Positions 60,532 through 64,000 of a DNA stretch of 64,000 bases are shown here, in pieces. The notes under the pieces are model-generated. The model made no database searches. It saw only the letters and a list, made by a program, of their open reading frames with translations, and was not told the origin of the DNA. The stretch's first letter is position 1. Every line of letters starts with the position of its first letter. A program made the position numbers and the translations under genes. The DNA comes from Myxococcota bacterium. Its GTDB lineage: Bacteria > Myxococcota_A > UBA796 > CAJQPC01. The stretch covers positions 27,179 to 91,178 of the forward strand of contig JAZAMN010000014.1 of NCBI GenBank assembly GCA_036229005.1, read 5' to 3'.

Positions 60532-61362
60532 ATGCGCGTCTGCGAGGTTCCCATGCCCATGTCGGTGCGCCAGAAGCTGGCGATCGCGTCCTGGAAGGCC
60601 CCCAAAGAGGGCAACATCTACGGCAAGCTCACGCTGGATGCGACGGAGGCGCTCGCGTACATCGACTGGCTGCGCGAGACCACCGGGGAGAAGGTGACCA
60701 TCACGCACTTTGTGGGCGCCGCGTGCGCTCGGGCGTTGGAGGCCGCGCCCAAGCTGAACGGCGTGATCCGGCTGGGCAGCTTCGTGCCGCGCCAGACCGT
60801 GGACATCGCCTACCTGGTGGCGCTGGAGGAGGGCCGGAACCTGGCCAAGGCCAAGGTCTGTGACATGCACCGCAAGTCCCCCGACCAGGTCGCGCGGGAG
60901 CTGCGGGAGCTGGCCAAGAAGCTCTACGCGGGCACCGACGACAACTTCAACAAGTCGATGGGGCCCCTCAAGTTCCTGCCCACCTGGCTGATCCGGCCGC
61001 TGGTCAGCACCATCGGCTACCTGTCCAGCGTGTTCGGGCTGTCGGTGCCGGCGCTGGGCGTCGAGGCCTACCCCTTCGGCTCCTGCGTGATCACCAACGT
61101 GGGCAGCTTTGGCCTGGACGAGGGCTTCGCGCCGCCCACCCCCTTCGCGCATGTGCCGGTGTTCGTGCTCATGGGCGCGGTCCGCAAGGCCCCCTGGGTC
61201 AACGCCCAGGACGCGCTCGAGGTGCGGCCCCAGATCACGCTGTGCGCGACCATCGACCACCGCTACATCGACGGCGCCCAGGGGGGCGTGCTGGCCAAGG
61301 AGATCCGGGCCTGCTTCGCCAACCCCTGGAAGCTCAGCGGACTCCAGGGGCGCCCCGCGTAG
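60532..61362 (+). CDS. stand-alone 2-oxoacid dehydrogenase acyltransferase (E2) catalytic-domain protein
   Basis: 276 aa with the catalytic motif TIDHRYIDGAQG near the C-terminus. No lipoyl or subunit-binding domain. The start could also be ATG 60553. Confidence 0.7.
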   Translation: MRVCEVPMPMSVRQKLAIASWKAPKEGNIYGKLTLDATEALAYIDWLRETTGEKVTITHFVGAACARALEAAPKLNGVIRLGSFVPRQTVDIAYLVALEEGRNLAKAKVCDMHRKSPDQVARELRELAKKLYAGTDDNFNKSMGPLKFLPTWLIRPLVSTIGYLSSVFGLSVPALGVEAYPFGSCVITNVGSFGLDEGFAPPTPFAHVPVFVLMGAVRKAPWVNAQDALEVRPQITLCATIDHRYIDGAQGGVLAKEIRACFANPWKLSGLQGRPA

Positions 61363-61378
61363 CCCGGACCCTGGCCGC

Positions 61379-63175
61379 TCAGTCCAGGTTGGCCCGGTCC
61401 GAGTCGCCCATCTCCACGCCGCCCTGGGGGAAGTACTCCTTCCAGCGCTCGTCGACCGTCTTGGCGGTGTCGGGGTCGCAGAAGAGCTCGGCGGGGTAGC
61501 CGGGCTTCATGCGGCAGTCCATGACGATGGGGCCGCTGTAGACCAGGTGGTGGCGGTGGACGCGCTGCTTGGCGTACATGTCGGCGGCCGGCTCGAAGCG
61601 GGTGAAGGTGGTCCAGATGAAGCGGGGAGTGCTGCGCGTGGCCTCCTCCGCGTTGTCGACCATCACGACCAGGGGCCAGTCGGCCAGGGCCTCGCACTCG
61701 ACCAGGGCCTGGGCGAACTCGGGGTCGTCGGTGTAGGCGGGGACCTGCACCACCAGGCAGCCGGGGCAGTAGACGCGGGCGTCGGTGGCGCCGCGGGGGA
61801 GCTCGCCGGAGAAGCTGCCGGGCAGGTCGCGGACGGGCTCGCCGATGCCCATCAGGATGCCCTTGGAGCCGGAGTTCACCTCTGGGCCGGCGTAGTCCAG
61901 GGTGTCCATGGAGGTGTTGGAGATGACGTAGAGGTCGGTCTCCGGCGAAAAGCGGGCGAGCACGATCTCCAGCAGGCCCTTGAAGTCCGCCAGGTCGTGG
62001 GGCTGGTCGGTGAGCAGCAGGAACTTGGTCAGCGAGAGCTGGCCCTCTCCCAGGATGCGGAAGGCGGAGGCCATGGCCTCTCGGGGGTATCGGACCTTCA
62101 CCACCGCGCTGGCGAGGGCGTGGTACCCAGCCTCTCCATAGGTCCACAGCGAGGACACCGTTGGCATGACCACCGGGAACATCGGGCTGAGCAGGCGCTG
62201 CAGGTAGTCCCCGATGTAGAAGTCCTCCTGGCGGGGCTTGCCCACCACGGTCGCGGGGTAGACGGCGCCGCGGCGGTGGCAGAGCGCGTCCACGTGGAAG
62301 ACCGGGTAGTCGTGCTGCAGGCTGTAGTAGCCGTAGTGATCGCCGAAGGGCCCCTCGGGGCGGCGCTCCCCGGCCTTGATGCGGCCCACCAGGGCGAACT
62401 CGGCGTCGGCCACCAGGTCGTTGGGGCCGGCGGGGTTGTCGGTCATGCGCAGGCGCTCGCCGGTGAGCAGGCTGGCCAGGATGAGCTCGGGCACGTTCTC
62501 GGGCAGGGGGGCGATGGCCGAGAGCACCAGGGCGGGGGGGCCGCCGGTGTAGACGACGGCCGGGAGGTCCTCTCCGCGCTGCTCCGCGATGTGGAAGTGG
62601 GCGCCGCCGCCGCGCACGATCTGGATGTGCATGCCGGTGGTCTGCGCGTCGAAGCGCTGGATCCGGTACATGCCCAGGTTGGAGCTGCCGTCGTCTGGGT
62701 GGTGGGTCTGCACCAGGGGCAGGGTGATGAAGTCGCCGCCGTCGTCGATCCAGCTCTTGAGCATGGGGATGCGATCGATGCGCGGGGGGCGGTCGACCAC
62801 CTGGGTGACCGGGCCGGCCGGGATGCGGTTCAGGCCCACCTTGAGGCCCTGGCCCAAGAAGTCGCGCAGGCCCCAGACCTTGCCCAGGCTGGGGGGCATC
62901 AGCTCGTGGGGGAGCTGGGCCGCGCGCTCGATGAAGGAGATGGGGCGGCGGCCGAAGGCCAGGTTGACGCGCTTCTCGCTGCCAAAGAGGTTCGTGACGA
63001 CGGGGAAGTCTGCGCCCTTGGGGTTCTTGAAGAGCAGCGCCGGGCCGCCCGCGGCGATGACGCGGCGGTGGATCTCGGCGATCTCCAGGTTGGGGTCGCA
63101 GGGGGCGTCGATCTCGACCAGCTCGCCCTCTGCGCGGAGCAGATCCATGAAGCTGCCAAGGTCTCGGATGGTCAT
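61379..63175 (-). CDS. UbiD-family (prenylated-FMN-dependent) decarboxylase
   Basis: 598 aa. UbiD-like strings: PALLFKNPKG, NLGMYRIQ, GGGAHF, EGPFGDHYGYY. Confidence 0.85.
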   Translation of the reverse strand: MTIRDLGSFMDLLRAEGELVEIDAPCDPNLEIAEIHRRVIAAGGPALLFKNPKGADFPVVTNLFGSEKRVNLAFGRRPISFIERAAQLPHELMPPSLGKVWGLRDFLGQGLKVGLNRIPAGPVTQVVDRPPRIDRIPMLKSWIDDGGDFITLPLVQTHHPDDGSSNLGMYRIQRFDAQTTGMHIQIVRGGGAHFHIAEQRGEDLPAVVYTGGPPALVLSAIAPLPENVPELILASLLTGERLRMTDNPAGPNDLVADAEFALVGRIKAGERRPEGPFGDHYGYYSLQHDYPVFHVDALCHRRGAVYPATVVGKPRQEDFYIGDYLQRLLSPMFPVVMPTVSSLWTYGEAGYHALASAVVKVRYPREAMASAFRILGEGQLSLTKFLLLTDQPHDLADFKGLLEIVLARFSPETDLYVISNTSMDTLDYAGPEVNSGSKGILMGIGEPVRDLPGSFSGELPRGATDARVYCPGCLVVQVPAYTDDPEFAQALVECEALADWPLVVMVDNAEEATRSTPRFIWTTFTRFEPAADMYAKQRVHRHHLVYSGPIVMDCRMKPGYPAELFCDPDTAKTVDERWKEYFPQGGVEMGDSDRANLD

Positions 63176-63243
63176 CGGGTCCTCCGGGGGGGTGACTTAA
63201 CCCTCAAAGGCGGGCAGAATGCAGCCCCGGAGGATCGCCGACC

Positions 63244-64000
63244 ATGTTCTTGATGCTTGCATCGCTCGCCCACGCCGACACCATCGAGGCCTGGTCCCAG
63301 GACGACTGGGGCCGCGAGGGCTCGTTCATCGATCGGAACGATGACTGGCTCAATGGCTACGAAGAGGACCCCTGGTACGTGACCCAGAGCGGCGTCCTCA
63401 TCCCGGAGACCGACCACAACACCAGCAACAGCGAGGATGCGCTGTTCAACTGGATCATCCACGAAGAGGCGGAGATCCAGCAGGGCCTGGTCCAGGCGGT
63501 TGTGTTCAACGACGACGACGACTCGATGGGCATCGTCTCCAACCACGATGGCGACCAGCGCTTCTACCTGCTCGTGCACAGCGCGGACTCGGTGCCCAGC
63601 GGGCTCGGGGACGCCGGGGACGGCCGCCTCTACCTGGTGCGCGTGGACGGCGAGGACTTCGAGGTGCTGGCCGACGCGGAGGCCGAGATCGGGGACCGCC
63701 CCTTTGGGCTGGAGCTGTCGGTGGACAACGGCGTGGTCACGGGGACCCTGGGCGAGGACATCCAGATCCAGGCCACCGATCCGGACCCGCTGGGCCCCGG
63801 TCTGGCCGGCTTCTGGTCCTACGACTCCGGCTATGACGGCTGGAACAGCGACTACTGCGGCGCCTCCGAGATCAACGTGTTCTGGCAGGACGAGGACGCC
63901 GACGGCGTCGCCGATGACATCGACAACTGCGAGGACGTGGCCAACGCCGACCAGGCGGACGCGGACGGCGACGGGGTGGGGGATGCCTGCTCCGAGGCCG
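63244..64000 (+). CDS. secreted protein with thrombospondin-type-3-like Asp motifs (5' part; continues beyond window end)
   Basis: Own translation from ATG 63244 (GGAGGA lies 9 nt upstream): MFLMLASLAHADTIEAW...DEDADGVADDIDNCEDVANADQADADGDGVGDAC. Open to the window end. Absent from the track because it has no stop. Confidence 0.6.
   Translation, partial: MFLMLASLAHADTIEAWSQDDWGREGSFIDRNDDWLNGYEEDPWYVTQSGVLIPETDHNTSNSEDALFNWIIHEEAEIQQGLVQAVVFNDDDDSMGIVSNHDGDQRFYLLVHSADSVPSGLGDAGDGRLYLVRVDGEDFEVLADAEAEIGDRPFGLELSVDNGVVTGTLGEDIQIQATDPDPLGPGLAGFWSYDSGYDGWNSDYCGASEINVFWQDEDADGVADDIDNCEDVANADQADADGDGVGDACSEA

Overview
This is a very GC-rich (roughly 70% by eye), gene-dense bacterial chromosome segment. 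A MYXO-CTERM-like tail (GGGGCGC, hydrophobic helix, RRRR) on a giant Asp-rich repeat protein, many lipoproteins, FHA/Ser-Thr-kinase pairs and hybrid histidine kinases point to a myxobacterium (inference). I call about 58 CDS. Most of the long ORFs in the six-frame track are Arg/Ala/Gly/Pro-rich shadow ORFs opposite or out of frame with real genes, and several real genes start at internal or non-ATG codons, often overlapping the upstream stop (GTGA, ATGA, TGATG, TAGTG).

Content from start to end:
- a MotA/MotB-type proton channel coupled to a string of envelope proteins
- a 5-formyl-THF cyclo-ligase
- an alkaline phosphatase-MBL fusion
- a caspase-like protein
- two FHA-wHTH plus Ser/Thr kinase cassettes
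- pirin
- a nikR / TonB-dependent receptor / lipoprotein operon with a NikR-box palindrome
- three hybrid histidine kinases
- two metallophosphoesterase lipoproteins
- beta-carbonic anhydrase
- a formate dehydrogenase alpha subunit interrupted by an in-frame TGA with a SECIS-like hairpin (selenocysteine), plus its NuoE/F-like partner
- a YceI lipoprotein and a CBS protein
- two tandem paralogous membrane proteins
- topoisomerase III
- a 1344-aa calcium-binding-repeat surface protein
- a GNAT plus macrodomain pair
- a catalytically degenerate integrase-like gene with atypical codon usage
- a stand-alone E2 acyltransferase domain and a UbiD-family decarboxylase

No rRNA, tRNA or CRISPR array was seen.

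The least explained elements are:
- a ~690-bp gap between convergent genes holding three ~180-bp tandem repeats plus an inverted partial copy, each built from nested heptamer runs
- the MotAB-linked envelope operon
- the selenocysteine recoding event
- the dead-integrase island
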